A stretch of 58,397 nucleotides of DNA, from positions 1 through 58,397 of the forward strand of contig CBDUPA010000030.1 in assembly GCA_965368975.1 (NCBI GenBank), given 5' to 3'. The notes beneath the pieces were generated by a model. The model worked only from the letters and a program-made list of their open reading frames with translations, was not told where the DNA came from and searched no databases. Shown here piece by piece: positions 8,026 to 17,531 of this stretch. The stretch is from an uncultured bacterium. GTDB lineage: Bacteria > Acidobacteriota > Thermoanaerobaculia > Multivoradales > JAHZIX01. Both the position numbers and the translations under genes were made by a program. Every line of letters starts with the position of its first letter. Position 1 is the stretch's first letter.

Positions 8026-11000
8026 ATGAGTCAGAGAGTTCTACGTAGCCCTTCGCATCTTCTTGCCTGTTCCACCTGCCTCGAGTCTGTCGAGTCTCGA
8101 GACCGTACGAGGGGTGCGACCCCAACACCAGATCTCCACAGCTTGGCCAGTGCCGGCAGCTTGGCCAGTGCCGGCAGCTTGGCCAGTGCTGGCTTGATCT
8201 GCTGTCTCACCCTGCTGCTCTGGAGCCCGGCCCGCCCCCTGCACGCAGGCACCTGTGCTGCCTTGGCTTGCCAGGGTTATTCCAGCTGTCACGCTCCCGC
8301 CTCGCCGCCCCCAGCGTCGCTCTGGGGCCTGTTGGAGCCGGTCGATACCGGCTCTCTACCAGCCGAACGAGACAACACGGATTTCCAGGAGTACTCGAGC
8401 TGGGAGACCAACCCGTACTGGCAATCCCTCGACGTCGAGGGCGGCTGGATGTTCACTGCCGCCAGCCAGCGTTTCCAGACTTGGGAGCTCTCGTCGATCA
8501 CGGGCCTGCCGATACGGCACGGCGACCTCGGTCTCTCCGCGATGAGCTTGACGTGGGGTGCCGACGCCCACGCTTTTCTGCCATTCCAGGACGTTGACGC
8601 TCCTCCCGGTGTCACAGACGTCGTTGCCATGTCCGGCAACAACGGTGTCGGCCTGGTCGTCTTCGATACCAGTGACAAGCGACGGCCATCGGTTCTGTAC
8701 CAGGACCACGGACCGGGAAACCCACCGCTACGGGAAGCCAAGGGCGTCTATGCCTCGACGATCAACGCTCGCCACTACGCCTTCGTCGCCGCCGGCGGCA
8801 TCGGCGGCGGTCTCCATGCCTACGACCTGTCGGCCGCGCAGCAACTGAACAACCGCTGCACAGAGGGGCAACCCGGCACGACGCGCTGCGCCGGCGTCTA
8901 CCTCCGGCAGCTGGGCAACCGCACCAAGACACAATTCGTCGACGGCGTCGCCGACCTGCTGGTGGTCAGCTCCGGCACCGACCCGTACGGCTTCGAGATC
9001 TACGACCTGCGCAACCCGGCCAATTGGGGTGCTCAACCACCGCAGCTACGCATGGAAGGGCTGACCTCGGAGACCGTCTTCGGCGTCGCCATGTGGCAAG
9101 AGCAGGATGCCGGCACCACGATGACCTACCTCGCCGTGCGTACGCTGACGCAGGGTCGCATTTACGACGTCTCGTGCGTCGAAGACGGCTACTGCCAGCT
9201 TGGCGCGCCGGTGAGCAGCTTCAACCTACCGTTCGCTATCCCGTCCACGGTGACCTTCTCGCGCAGCGGCAACACACCCTTCCTCTACTTCGCCCATGGC
9301 ACCGAACAGCCGTGCTCTCCGGTGGGCGGTCGCGAACACCTGTTCAACGTCGAGAACCCGGCCGCGCCGGCCGACATCTCGCCGACCTTCGAGGTCAACA
9401 TCCAGGGTGAGAACGTCAGCTACTGGGAGTGGTACAACAAGGGTGCCGGTAGCGTCCACGGCTTCAACCACATGCAGCCGCGGGTCGGCAAATTCGCGGG
9501 CGACTACTTCTATCGCGCCGCCAAGGGCATCCTTGATGTGCACCGCCGCACCGGCGGTTCAGCGCCGAGCCCAGACTTCAGCTGGAGCCCGAGCCAGATC
9601 TACCCCGGGACCAACGTCAGCTTCACCGACCTGAGCACCGGCGGAGCCAACAGCTGGGGCTGGACCTTCGACCCCGATGGCTCGCCCGGCTCGTCGACCA
9701 CCCGCCATCCGAGCGGCATCAGCTTCCCGACGCCGGGCACCAAGAGCGTGACACTCGAAGCGAGCAACGACTTCGGCCCCGACTCGCTGACCCAGAATCT
9801 GACGGTATTGTCACCCGACGTACAGGCCGGCAGCGTCAGCGTCTCACCCAACCCAGCCTTGTTGTGTCAGCCGGTGACCTTCACCGCGACCGGCTTCACC
9901 GGGCAGCCGACGCTGAGCTACGACTGGGACCTGCGCGATGGCAGCAACAGCCAGGTCGCCGGAGCTGTCGCCAACGGCAACCAGCTGACCTGGGACACGA
10001 CCGGAGCAGACACTGGCACCACCTATACCGCCACCGTCACCGTCAGCAACGGCGTCCCCAGCAATGACAATGCCACGAGCGCTCCGCTGGTCATCACACC
10101 ACTGCCGGCGCTCCCCGCGGCGGGCAGCTTCGTGCCCACCTACGACGGCGCCCCCGACCCCATCTTCGAGGGCGACCCGGTCCAGTTCCGTGTCACCGCT
10201 AGCGGCGCCACCAGCTGGCGGTGGGACTTCGGCGCTGGCTTCGGCGCCTGGAGCGACGACCCCGTCAACGGCCCGGCACCGCAACACACCTTCACCTCGC
10301 CCGGCCCGCACAGTGTCCGCGTCGAGGTCGACAACTGCGGGCCGGACAGCCCCATCTCGAGTGCGACGCTACAGCTCGACATCCAGGGCGAGCCGCCGAG
10401 GGTCGATAGCTTCCAGGTGACCGGCGGCGCCTTCTGCTCCGGTCTCGGCTGCTCCGCCGACGTCGGCATCGAGCTGACCTTTGGCCAGACCTTCTCGGGC
10501 GCCAACCCGGACTTTTACGAGTATGACTGGGACGGCAACGGCACCTTCGAAGAAAGCAGCCTCAACCCAGTCTCTACACATACCTACGAAGCGAATGGCA
10601 GCTACCAACCATGGGTACGAGTCCGCACGGACTTCGCCAGCGACTCGCTGCAGCTAGGCGCACCGATCAGCCTGGGCGGCGGTAGCGATATCGATCCGCC
10701 GGCAACACCGGGAAACCCGGCTGCCATGACCGTGCCAGGCAATGTCGAAGTCACCTGGGACACCGTCGCCGGTGCGACCGGCTACAACGTCTACCGAGCA
10801 CTCGGCCCGCTGGCCGCCGGCAACACCTACGGCGTGGTCGGCAACCTCGGCAACACCGGCAGCTACACGGACAACACGGCTGCCGACGGCGTCGAATACT
10901 GCTACCAGATCACCGCCGTCAACAACGGCGGCGAAAGCGCACCAACAGCCGCGACCTGCAGCACTGTCGAGCCCCTGGACAGCATCTTCGGCGACGACTT

Positions 11001-11040
11001 CGAAGCCAACAGCCTGGATGCCTGGGCCGTTTTCAACTGA
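8026..11040 (+). CDS. Exported beta-propeller + PKD + Fn3 surface protein with C-terminal IFGDDFE motif
   Basis: CAGGAG RBS; PKD motifs (VSFTDLSTGGANSWGWTF, WRWDFG, YEYDWDGNG); Fn3 (VTWDTVAGATGYNVYR...YCYQITAVN); tail IFGDDFEANSLDAW. Confidence 0.88.
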   Translation: MSQRVLRSPSHLLACSTCLESVESRDRTRGATPTPDLHSLASAGSLASAGSLASAGLICCLTLLLWSPARPLHAGTCAALACQGYSSCHAPASPPPASLWGLLEPVDTGSLPAERDNTDFQEYSSWETNPYWQSLDVEGGWMFTAASQRFQTWELSSITGLPIRHGDLGLSAMSLTWGADAHAFLPFQDVDAPPGVTDVVAMSGNNGVGLVVFDTSDKRRPSVLYQDHGPGNPPLREAKGVYASTINARHYAFVAAGGIGGGLHAYDLSAAQQLNNRCTEGQPGTTRCAGVYLRQLGNRTKTQFVDGVADLLVVSSGTDPYGFEIYDLRNPANWGAQPPQLRMEGLTSETVFGVAMWQEQDAGTTMTYLAVRTLTQGRIYDVSCVEDGYCQLGAPVSSFNLPFAIPSTVTFSRSGNTPFLYFAHGTEQPCSPVGGREHLFNVENPAAPADISPTFEVNIQGENVSYWEWYNKGAGSVHGFNHMQPRVGKFAGDYFYRAAKGILDVHRRTGGSAPSPDFSWSPSQIYPGTNVSFTDLSTGGANSWGWTFDPDGSPGSSTTRHPSGISFPTPGTKSVTLEASNDFGPDSLTQNLTVLSPDVQAGSVSVSPNPALLCQPVTFTATGFTGQPTLSYDWDLRDGSNSQVAGAVANGNQLTWDTTGADTGTTYTATVTVSNGVPSNDNATSAPLVITPLPALPAAGSFVPTYDGAPDPIFEGDPVQFRVTASGATSWRWDFGAGFGAWSDDPVNGPAPQHTFTSPGPHSVRVEVDNCGPDSPISSATLQLDIQGEPPRVDSFQVTGGAFCSGLGCSADVGIELTFGQTFSGANPDFYEYDWDGNGTFEESSLNPVSTHTYEANGSYQPWVRVRTDFASDSLQLGAPISLGGGSDIDPPATPGNPAAMTVPGNVEVTWDTVAGATGYNVYRALGPLAAGNTYGVVGNLGNTGSYTDNTAADGVEYCYQITAVNNGGESAPTAATCSTVEPLDSIFGDDFEANSLDAWAVFN
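8140..8193 (+). repeat. In-frame 18-bp tandem repeat x3 (SLASAG)
   Basis: agcttggccagtgccggc twice plus agcttggccagtgctggc. Confidence 0.95.
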
Positions 11041-11077
11041 GGCCAAAGATCGCATGGAGCGCCCCGATCGGCCCCGG

Positions 11078-11109
11078 TTGACAGCTAGGTTACAGGAGCA
11101 TATCCTCCT
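11078..11109 (+). promoter_or_regulatory. sigma70 promoter with overlapping palindromic operator upstream of the XRE gene
   Basis: TTGACA(11078)-17bp-TATCCT(11101); dyad AGGAG-catatc-CTCCT (11094-11109) straddles the -10 box. Confidence 0.7.
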
Positions 11110-11244
11110 ATGGTCTGCAACCATTGACACGCGGGTCGCCTTCAACCCGTCGACAGCGAGCAAGAAGAGGCCACCGAACGTCGCAAGACCGCCGGATCTA
11201 GGTCCGCGAGTCAGCTACAGCATCAAGGAACCGCGAGAGAAGCT

Positions 11245-11619
11245 ATGGCCAACCCCAGCAAGATGAGACACGTGCAACTGGTCGGACAAAAAATCCGGGA
11301 ACTGCGCAAGCAGCGTAAGCTCACCCAGACCGAAGTCGCGGCCCGGATCGGCATCCAGCAAAGCGACCTGTCGCGCATGGAGAAGGGTGAATACCGCGTC
11401 AGCCTGGACACCCTCTTCCGTATTCTCGCCGAGTTCAACATGAGCATGGCCGAGTTCTTCGACGAGATGAGTCGCGAGAGCTTCTCGCCACGCGACGTCA
11501 GCCTTGTGCGACAGTTCAACTCCCTGGAGCCCGACGACCAGCAGGAAGTTCAGAGCTTCATCGCCTTCAAGCGAGCACAGCAGAAGAGTCCGGCACAAGC
11601 AGCCCGAAAATCGTCATAG
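11245..11619 (+). CDS. XRE/Cro-CI family HTH transcriptional regulator
   Basis: VGQKIRELRKQRKLTQTEVAARIGIQQSDLSRMEKG. Confidence 0.93.
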   Translation: MANPSKMRHVQLVGQKIRELRKQRKLTQTEVAARIGIQQSDLSRMEKGEYRVSLDTLFRILAEFNMSMAEFFDEMSRESFSPRDVSLVRQFNSLEPDDQQEVQSFIAFKRAQQKSPAQAARKSS

Positions 11620-11760
11620 CGCAACGACCATCTCGGGACAAGCTACGCGCGGCGTGACATACTCACGCTCAACACTTGCCGCTATAGCTTCGGCACCGCC
11701 GCCGGACCCCGGCGTATCCAGACAAGGATGGGTTCGAGACACCGAGAGCGCCTGATATCT

Positions 11761-12771
11761 ATGAGTAACGTCATCTACCTGCACGACCGGAAGAAGTCCA
11801 CTCCGGAACCAGCACCGGCTACCCACGCGGCCACGGCGGTCGCTGCCGACACCTCGGCAACGAACTTCCGCCGCGACCTCGACCCCAGAGCCCGCTACGA
11901 GATGCTGCGTCAGCGAGGTGTCGACGAACTTCACGACGGCCGCCTGGACGTCGCCTACGAGTACTTCGACCAGGCCTACTCGGTTGCCTGCGACCTTGCC
12001 GACGACTGCCTGTGCGACCGTGCCTTCTGCAACCGCGCAGCGGTAGCCATCGAGATCGGCTCTCCCGGAGATAGCCTCGAACCCTTGCGGCAGATCTTGA
12101 CCCTGCATCGCGATGTCGAGAACAGCGGTCTGGCCGCCTACAACATCGCCCAGATCTACCAGCTGAAGAAAGACTTCAAGAAGGGCCTCTTCTACGCCCG
12201 CATCGCGCGCAACCTATTCGTCCAATTGGGCAGGAACGAGCGCCTTGCCGCTGGCTACAACCGTATCGGCAACCTTCTGCTTGCCGACAGCTACTTCGAC
12301 GAAGCCGTCGCTGAGTACGAAAAAGCGCTTGAGCTCTTCGAACCGGGGCCCAGCATCCAGCGGGCGATTCTGATCGAGAACCTGGGCTACTGCAGAGTGG
12401 TGCAGGGACGCTGCGACGAGGGCTTTCACCTGCTCTTCGAGAGTCTGCGCTCGTTGCGGCGCCTCGGCGGACATGGCTTCGCGGTCTACCCGCACCTGAG
12501 CTTGTGCTACGCCTACATCGAACGCGCGAGGCCACGCCACGCCCTGCGCCACGGTATGCGCGCTCTCGCCTTGGCCACCACGTTCCGAAACCAGGATTGC
12601 ACGAAGTACGCCTACTACTTGCTCGCTCAAGCTGCACAACTGGAAGGCGACCCCGTCGCTGCCCGCGACTACCTGGTCCAGCTGCAGAGTGAGTTCTACC
12701 CGCAATCACCCGAGATCGTCGACTTCCTGATGGTGGTCGATGTTCGTCAAGTGATCAACATCAAGGCTTGA
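11761..12771 (+). CDS. Cytoplasmic tetratricopeptide-repeat protein (RRNPP-receptor-like)
   Basis: TPR helices AAYNIAQIY, AAGYNRIGNLL...FDEAVAEYEKALEL, LIENLGYC; no signal peptide; ATG 11761 preferred over 11728. Confidence 0.85.
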   Translation: MSNVIYLHDRKKSTPEPAPATHAATAVAADTSATNFRRDLDPRARYEMLRQRGVDELHDGRLDVAYEYFDQAYSVACDLADDCLCDRAFCNRAAVAIEIGSPGDSLEPLRQILTLHRDVENSGLAAYNIAQIYQLKKDFKKGLFYARIARNLFVQLGRNERLAAGYNRIGNLLLADSYFDEAVAEYEKALELFEPGPSIQRAILIENLGYCRVVQGRCDEGFHLLFESLRSLRRLGGHGFAVYPHLSLCYAYIERARPRHALRHGMRALALATTFRNQDCTKYAYYLLAQAAQLEGDPVAARDYLVQLQSEFYPQSPEIVDFLMVVDVRQVINIKA

Positions 12772-12773
12772 CC

Positions 12774-14162
12774 ATGCGTATCCGGATCTCAGCCCTCCTT
12801 TGCTCGCTGCTGCTGATCACCACCGGCGCTCTGGCCGCGGATCGCGACGAACGCGCGTCCGTGCTGGGCAACGAGGGAGAACTCTACCGGGCTGAAGCTG
12901 GAACCTACGGCGACCTCTTCCCAACCGGGACCGAGACCGCTCCCGAGAGCCGGGTCCTGGCACTCGACGTCACCCACCCGCTGACGGGTACCGAGCGCTT
13001 CTTGATTCCCGGGACCGCAGACTCCAATGGCGACTTCGAGGGCCGTCCGTCACTCTTCTTCGACGACGGCTCGAGCACGCTCTTCTTGGTTTGGGAGAGT
13101 ACCCGCAATCAGATCCACCCCTACCTGCAAATCACCAGCTGGCAGCACGGGAACTGGAGTGATCCGCTCGTCATTTGGAGCAATGCCTTCGCCCTCAAGG
13201 GCTCGGCCAATCTCGCCGTCACTCGGGACGCCTACAACCTGATCGCAGCAGATCAGAGCGAGACGGTCATCTCGCGTACCGTTCTCCACCTGATCTGGTG
13301 GGAAGATGCCGTCGGTGGCACAGACGTCCTGTATGCCCCCATTGTGCTCCAAGATGGAAAGTACTCGCAGAGCCAACCGGACATCCTGAGACTCAACGAC
13401 TTTGTCGACTCCGAGAACGGCAGCATTGCTCCACTTTCCCTGGTCCACGCTCCAGCCATTCAGCCCGGCCGCGACCATCGCTCGGTTTTGGCAACGTTCA
13501 CCGACCAGCTGACGGGCCGTCTGTCCACCCTGGAGATCACCGTCCTTCCAGGTGAGCTGAACAGTCTGGCAGACAAGATCCGCGGAGAAATCATCGAGAT
13601 TGGCGAACGTGAGTTCGAGCCGGCCAATCCTTGGCCCTTTGCCGACAAGATTCGCGGCGAGATCATCGAAATCGGTGCCCGTTTGAACCGGCAGAACCTG
13701 ACCTTCCTGGCGGACAAGATCCGCGGAGAGATCATCGAGATCGGCTCCCGTTACAGCCGCGATCAGGTAAGCGAGCTGGCGGCACGCATCCGCGGAGAAA
13801 TCATCGAGATCGGTTCGAAGATCTTCGGCGCCGAACACATCCGGCTCTACGAAACTGGTGAGAATCGAAACACCGTCGAAACCACTGCCTGGTTCGATGG
13901 CCTAGAAACGCGTCACCAGCTTACATTCCACACCGCTTCGAGCCGCCTCGCGCCTGCTGGCGGGCAGACTCCTGCTCTCGTCTACTCCTCACGCAGTGGC
14001 GAACATGCCCTGCTGGCCTGGGACTATGGCGACGATTGGATCTTCTACCAAGAGAGCACAGACGAGGACAACTGGAGCGAGCCACGTGCTCTCGCGCTGG
14101 GCAACCACCTGTCCCGCGAGCGAGCTCTCGAAGTGCTCACACAACGCATCGAGAACCGCTAG
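12774..14162 (+). CDS. Exported protein of unknown function with four ADKIRGEIIEIG repeats
   Basis: Signal peptide MRIRISALLCSLLLITTGALA; ATG 2 bp after the TPR stop; beta-rich flanks around a repeat block. Confidence 0.85.
   Translation: MRIRISALLCSLLLITTGALAADRDERASVLGNEGELYRAEAGTYGDLFPTGTETAPESRVLALDVTHPLTGTERFLIPGTADSNGDFEGRPSLFFDDGSSTLFLVWESTRNQIHPYLQITSWQHGNWSDPLVIWSNAFALKGSANLAVTRDAYNLIAADQSETVISRTVLHLIWWEDAVGGTDVLYAPIVLQDGKYSQSQPDILRLNDFVDSENGSIAPLSLVHAPAIQPGRDHRSVLATFTDQLTGRLSTLEITVLPGELNSLADKIRGEIIEIGEREFEPANPWPFADKIRGEIIEIGARLNRQNLTFLADKIRGEIIEIGSRYSRDQVSELAARIRGEIIEIGSKIFGAEHIRLYETGENRNTVETTAWFDGLETRHQLTFHTASSRLAPAGGQTPALVYSSRSGEHALLAWDYGDDWIFYQESTDEDNWSEPRALALGNHLSRERALEVLTQRIENR
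13566..13814 (+). repeat. Four 39-bp coding repeats separated by unique 30-33 bp spacers
   Basis: Units start at 13566, 13638, 13707, 13776: LADKIRGEIIEIG, FADKIRGEIIEIG, LADKIRGEIIEIG, LAARIRGEIIEIG; differences are mostly synonymous. Confidence 0.95.
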
Positions 14163-14278
14163 ACGTCGATGGCGCGTCCTCGCGCCGCCAAGTTTGCAGC
14201 CTGGTAGGTGACAGCCCGCCAGGCTTTGTGCGTTCTGGCCGGTTCGCGCCTACGCTGCATAGCGGTATCATTGGACGC

Positions 14279-14986
14279 ATGGCGATGCGCATCTTCCTCC
14301 TTCACGGCATGGCACGCACAGCAGCGTCAATGGTGCTGCTCAGCTGGCGACTCCGGCGGGCGGGCTACGCAACCACCGCGTTCGGATACCACACCGTCGT
14401 CGAAGACCTGGAGGCCATGTCCGCGCGCTTGGTGACGACCATCCGACGCAAGCTGGAAGGCGACGGGACTCCGGACGGACCCTACGCCATCATCGGTCAC
14501 TCGCTGGGTTGCATCATCACACGTCAGGCCCTACCTGAGCTGCCACCCGGCTGCAGCCATTTCGTGATGCTGGCGCCCCCCAACCAGCCACCGATCCTGG
14601 CACGGAAGTTCAAGCGCAACCTTCTCTTCCGGGCCCTGACGCGCGATGCCGGACGCAAGCTAGCAGATCCAAGTTTCTATGACCAGTTGCCGGAACCGTC
14701 AGAAATCCCCACTTTGATCATCGCCGGGACCGCCGGACCCAGCGCTCGCTGGCTACCGTTCCAGGGCGAAATCAACGACGGCATCGTCAGCCTGCCCGAG
14801 ACTCGGCTCGATGGCCTACCGCGCATCCAGGTCGGCGGTATTCACAGCTTCCTGATGAACCGCCGGGACGTCCTCGACCACATCCTCGAGTTCTTGCGAC
14901 AAGATCGTCCTCCGTCCCCGAACCCGCCCACCACGGCCAGCCCACCGTCAAGCGTGGCTCCCGCCTCTGCCACTTCCCTCCACTAG
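14279..14986 (+). CDS. Alpha/beta hydrolase (lipase/esterase family)
   Basis: LLHGM oxyanion loop, GHSLG nucleophile elbow, NDGIV, IHSF; start trimmed from the 14036 ORF. Confidence 0.88.
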   Translation: MAMRIFLLHGMARTAASMVLLSWRLRRAGYATTAFGYHTVVEDLEAMSARLVTTIRRKLEGDGTPDGPYAIIGHSLGCIITRQALPELPPGCSHFVMLAPPNQPPILARKFKRNLLFRALTRDAGRKLADPSFYDQLPEPSEIPTLIIAGTAGPSARWLPFQGEINDGIVSLPETRLDGLPRIQVGGIHSFLMNRRDVLDHILEFLRQDRPPSPNPPTTASPPSSVAPASATSLH

Positions 14987-15138
14987 CCCCATCCCGGAAC
15001 GCAGGCTTCACGCGACACCAGGTGACAGCCAGTGGGTGGAGTGGTAGGCTTGGACTCTGATTTCTCATTACAGTCGTCTCGCAGACAAGAACTCCCCCCA
15101 GACTCAAAGTACGATCCCGGCCCCTCGTGGAGGTTCGC

Positions 15139-17529
15139 ATGAAGTCGAAGCCCATCCATCCGCGCATGCGCAATGGCGCCCTGGCGATAATACTGCTTGC
15201 TCACATTCTCACCCTGCAAGCGTTCGCCACGTCTGCGCCCCCCCACACGGACGGGCCTCGGGAGATGCCGTTCGAGATTCGGCTGCCACCTGGAGAGGAC
15301 GCGCCGGTACCCGTCTTGCTGCACTTGGCGGATCCACGACCCGATGTCGCACCCATGGCTCCTGTACCTGCGAACGCTCCACTGCGCAGCGTCCTCAAGG
15401 GGCAACCGAAAGCCTGGCGCATGTGGGTCGAGGCGGAGGGCTATTGGAGCCCGGCCCAGATGACTCCCGCCATCAGCCAGAGCGAGACGACGCTCTTCCA
15501 ACTCTACCCGACAGGCCGGTTGCAAGGCCGTGTACAAGTACCAGCCGAAGAGACGCCGCCAGAACGCTTGACCGTCCGCTTCGAGCAAGCGGCAGACGCG
15601 CCGGCCACGCCCTTGACCATCCCCAGAGATCAGGTCGAGTGTCCGATCGCCCGCGATGGGCGCTTTCTGTGCACCGTACCTGCAGGCACGCTGGATCTCC
15701 GGTTGCGCGCCCGCGGCTTCGCCTCCACCTACAGCTGGAGCACGACCATCAGCCGCGAACGCGCCACCTCGCTCGGCATCCTGCAGCTCCAGCGTGGCGG
15801 CTCGGTGGTGGGCCGGGTCGAGTTGACACTCGATGACACACCTCCGACTCCCTCGCTCGCCGGTACCACGATCGAGATTCAACCCGTGCAAGCCAGCCGT
15901 CCGGACACCCGGCAAGCCGGTGAGCGCCTGCAGCGCATGCAGCAGCGGGTCGAAGCCGACAACCGAGGTTTCTTCCACATCACCGGCCTGTCGCCTGGGC
16001 TCTACGAACTGCGTGCACGCCGGGAGGGCGTCGGCGAAGCGATGTACCCACCGCTGCAGGTGCACGAGAACGCGGAAACGGCCCTTACCCGTCCATTGAG
16101 GCTGCAGCCTCCCGTTCGTCTACAACTCACGGTGCATCCACCGGTCGACCCACTGCAGAGGCGCTGGCGTGCCGAGATCCTCGATCCGGACCGCACGGGC
16201 GCCGCACTGCGACGGGCCAGCACGGGAACTGTCACGGAAGACGGGCTCTGGACCTCCGGTGACCTGCTGCACAAACCATACATCCTGCTGCTGGTCGACG
16301 ACGACGGCAATCGCTGGTGGCATGAGCGCTTTCATCCCGGCCAACAGCGACAGCTGGACTTGCGCTTGCAGATCGTACCCGTCGAGGGTTCAGTGACGCT
16401 CGAGGGTGAGCCCCTCGCGGACGCCACCCTGTGGTTCGGTGGCCGCAACGGCCTCCGTAGTCTGCGTGCGCTGGCAGACCAGGAAGGTCACTTCAGCACC
16501 CTGCTGCCCGCCGAGGGCGAATGGAAAGTCGACCTTGCGACCCTCGCTCCACGCCTCGACCGCCGACTGCCCGCGATCGACATCGATGCTGGCGAGAAGG
16601 GCTGGGCCGAGGTCGAGATCGCGTTGCGCGACTTCTCCCTGCGCGGTGAGGTGCGCGACAACCAGGGTGATCCCGTCCGAGCGATGCTGCTCCTGGTCGG
16701 CGCCAGCAACGGCACGCGACCGATCCAGGCCTGGAGCGAGACGGACGGCACCTTCACCTTCCGGGGCCTCGATCCGGGACTCTACGAGATCCAGGCCTAC
16801 GCCTCCAGCGGCGCCATTTCCTCCGATCGTCAACGGGCCGAGCTAGACGACAACGGCGCCAGCCCTTACCTGACGCTCCACCTGGGCGAGGCCGAGACCT
16901 TCGTCGGCAGCATTGTCTCGACGTTCGGCCCGGTCCCTGGCGCCGCCGTCTTCGCCATGCCGTTGCGCGCTGGCGAGACGATCGCGGTGCTCCAGCCGCA
17001 GGCACAGAGCGACGCCAACGGCCGTTTCAGCCTGTCACTGCCGCCCACGACGGATGCCCTCGACCTGATCGTGGCGCCGCCTGGCTACGCGTTGAGTACC
17101 CATCGAATCTCCACCGTCGCGGCACAGAAGGGAGAGACGGCGACGATCCCAGTACACCGCCAGGGTGGCACCCTGGTGCTGGAACTCGCCCCGGGGCAGA
17201 CTCTCAGCGACCTGTACCGGATCGCCACGCTGCACCGCGAAGGTGTCCGTCTCGACGCTGCGACGCTCCTGCGCTGGCGCAACACCTACAGCCCATCCGG
17301 CTATGCCTCGGGATCGGCGTCCACGGACACCGATCCGTGGGCCACCCGCATCCCCATGCTCGCCTTCGGCACCTACACCGTCTGCCGGCGCGGTGCCGAC
17401 CGAGACTGCGTCTCGGGCTACTTGCCACCTGGCGGCGAGCTCATCCTATCCCTGGCGACAACCAGCCCGGAGGCCGAAGCGGCCGCACCGGCGATGGCGT
17501 CTGCCGTCTCTTCTCTATCCCGGAGGTAA
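15139..17529 (+). CDS. Exported protein with tandem carboxypeptidase-regulatory-like (transthyretin/Ig-like) domains
   Basis: GGAGG RBS then ATG 15139; signal peptide; repeated DxxGxFxxxGLxPGxYxL motifs (ADNRGFFHITGLSPGLYEL, TDGTFTFRGLDPGLYEI, SDANGRFSL). Confidence 0.85.
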   Translation: MKSKPIHPRMRNGALAIILLAHILTLQAFATSAPPHTDGPREMPFEIRLPPGEDAPVPVLLHLADPRPDVAPMAPVPANAPLRSVLKGQPKAWRMWVEAEGYWSPAQMTPAISQSETTLFQLYPTGRLQGRVQVPAEETPPERLTVRFEQAADAPATPLTIPRDQVECPIARDGRFLCTVPAGTLDLRLRARGFASTYSWSTTISRERATSLGILQLQRGGSVVGRVELTLDDTPPTPSLAGTTIEIQPVQASRPDTRQAGERLQRMQQRVEADNRGFFHITGLSPGLYELRARREGVGEAMYPPLQVHENAETALTRPLRLQPPVRLQLTVHPPVDPLQRRWRAEILDPDRTGAALRRASTGTVTEDGLWTSGDLLHKPYILLLVDDDGNRWWHERFHPGQQRQLDLRLQIVPVEGSVTLEGEPLADATLWFGGRNGLRSLRALADQEGHFSTLLPAEGEWKVDLATLAPRLDRRLPAIDIDAGEKGWAEVEIALRDFSLRGEVRDNQGDPVRAMLLLVGASNGTRPIQAWSETDGTFTFRGLDPGLYEIQAYASSGAISSDRQRAELDDNGASPYLTLHLGEAETFVGSIVSTFGPVPGAAVFAMPLRAGETIAVLQPQAQSDANGRFSLSLPPTTDALDLIVAPPGYALSTHRISTVAAQKGETATIPVHRQGGTLVLELAPGQTLSDLYRIATLHREGVRLDAATLLRWRNTYSPSGYASGSASTDTDPWATRIPMLAFGTYTVCRRGADRDCVSGYLPPGGELILSLATTSPEAEAAAPAMASAVSSLSRR

Positions 17530-17531
17530 CC

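Noticed and set aside
13566-13814. CRISPR array (39-bp repeats, 30-33 bp spacers)
   Set aside because: Repeats are in-frame in a CDS, vary at synonymous sites, are not palindromic, and no cas genes are present.
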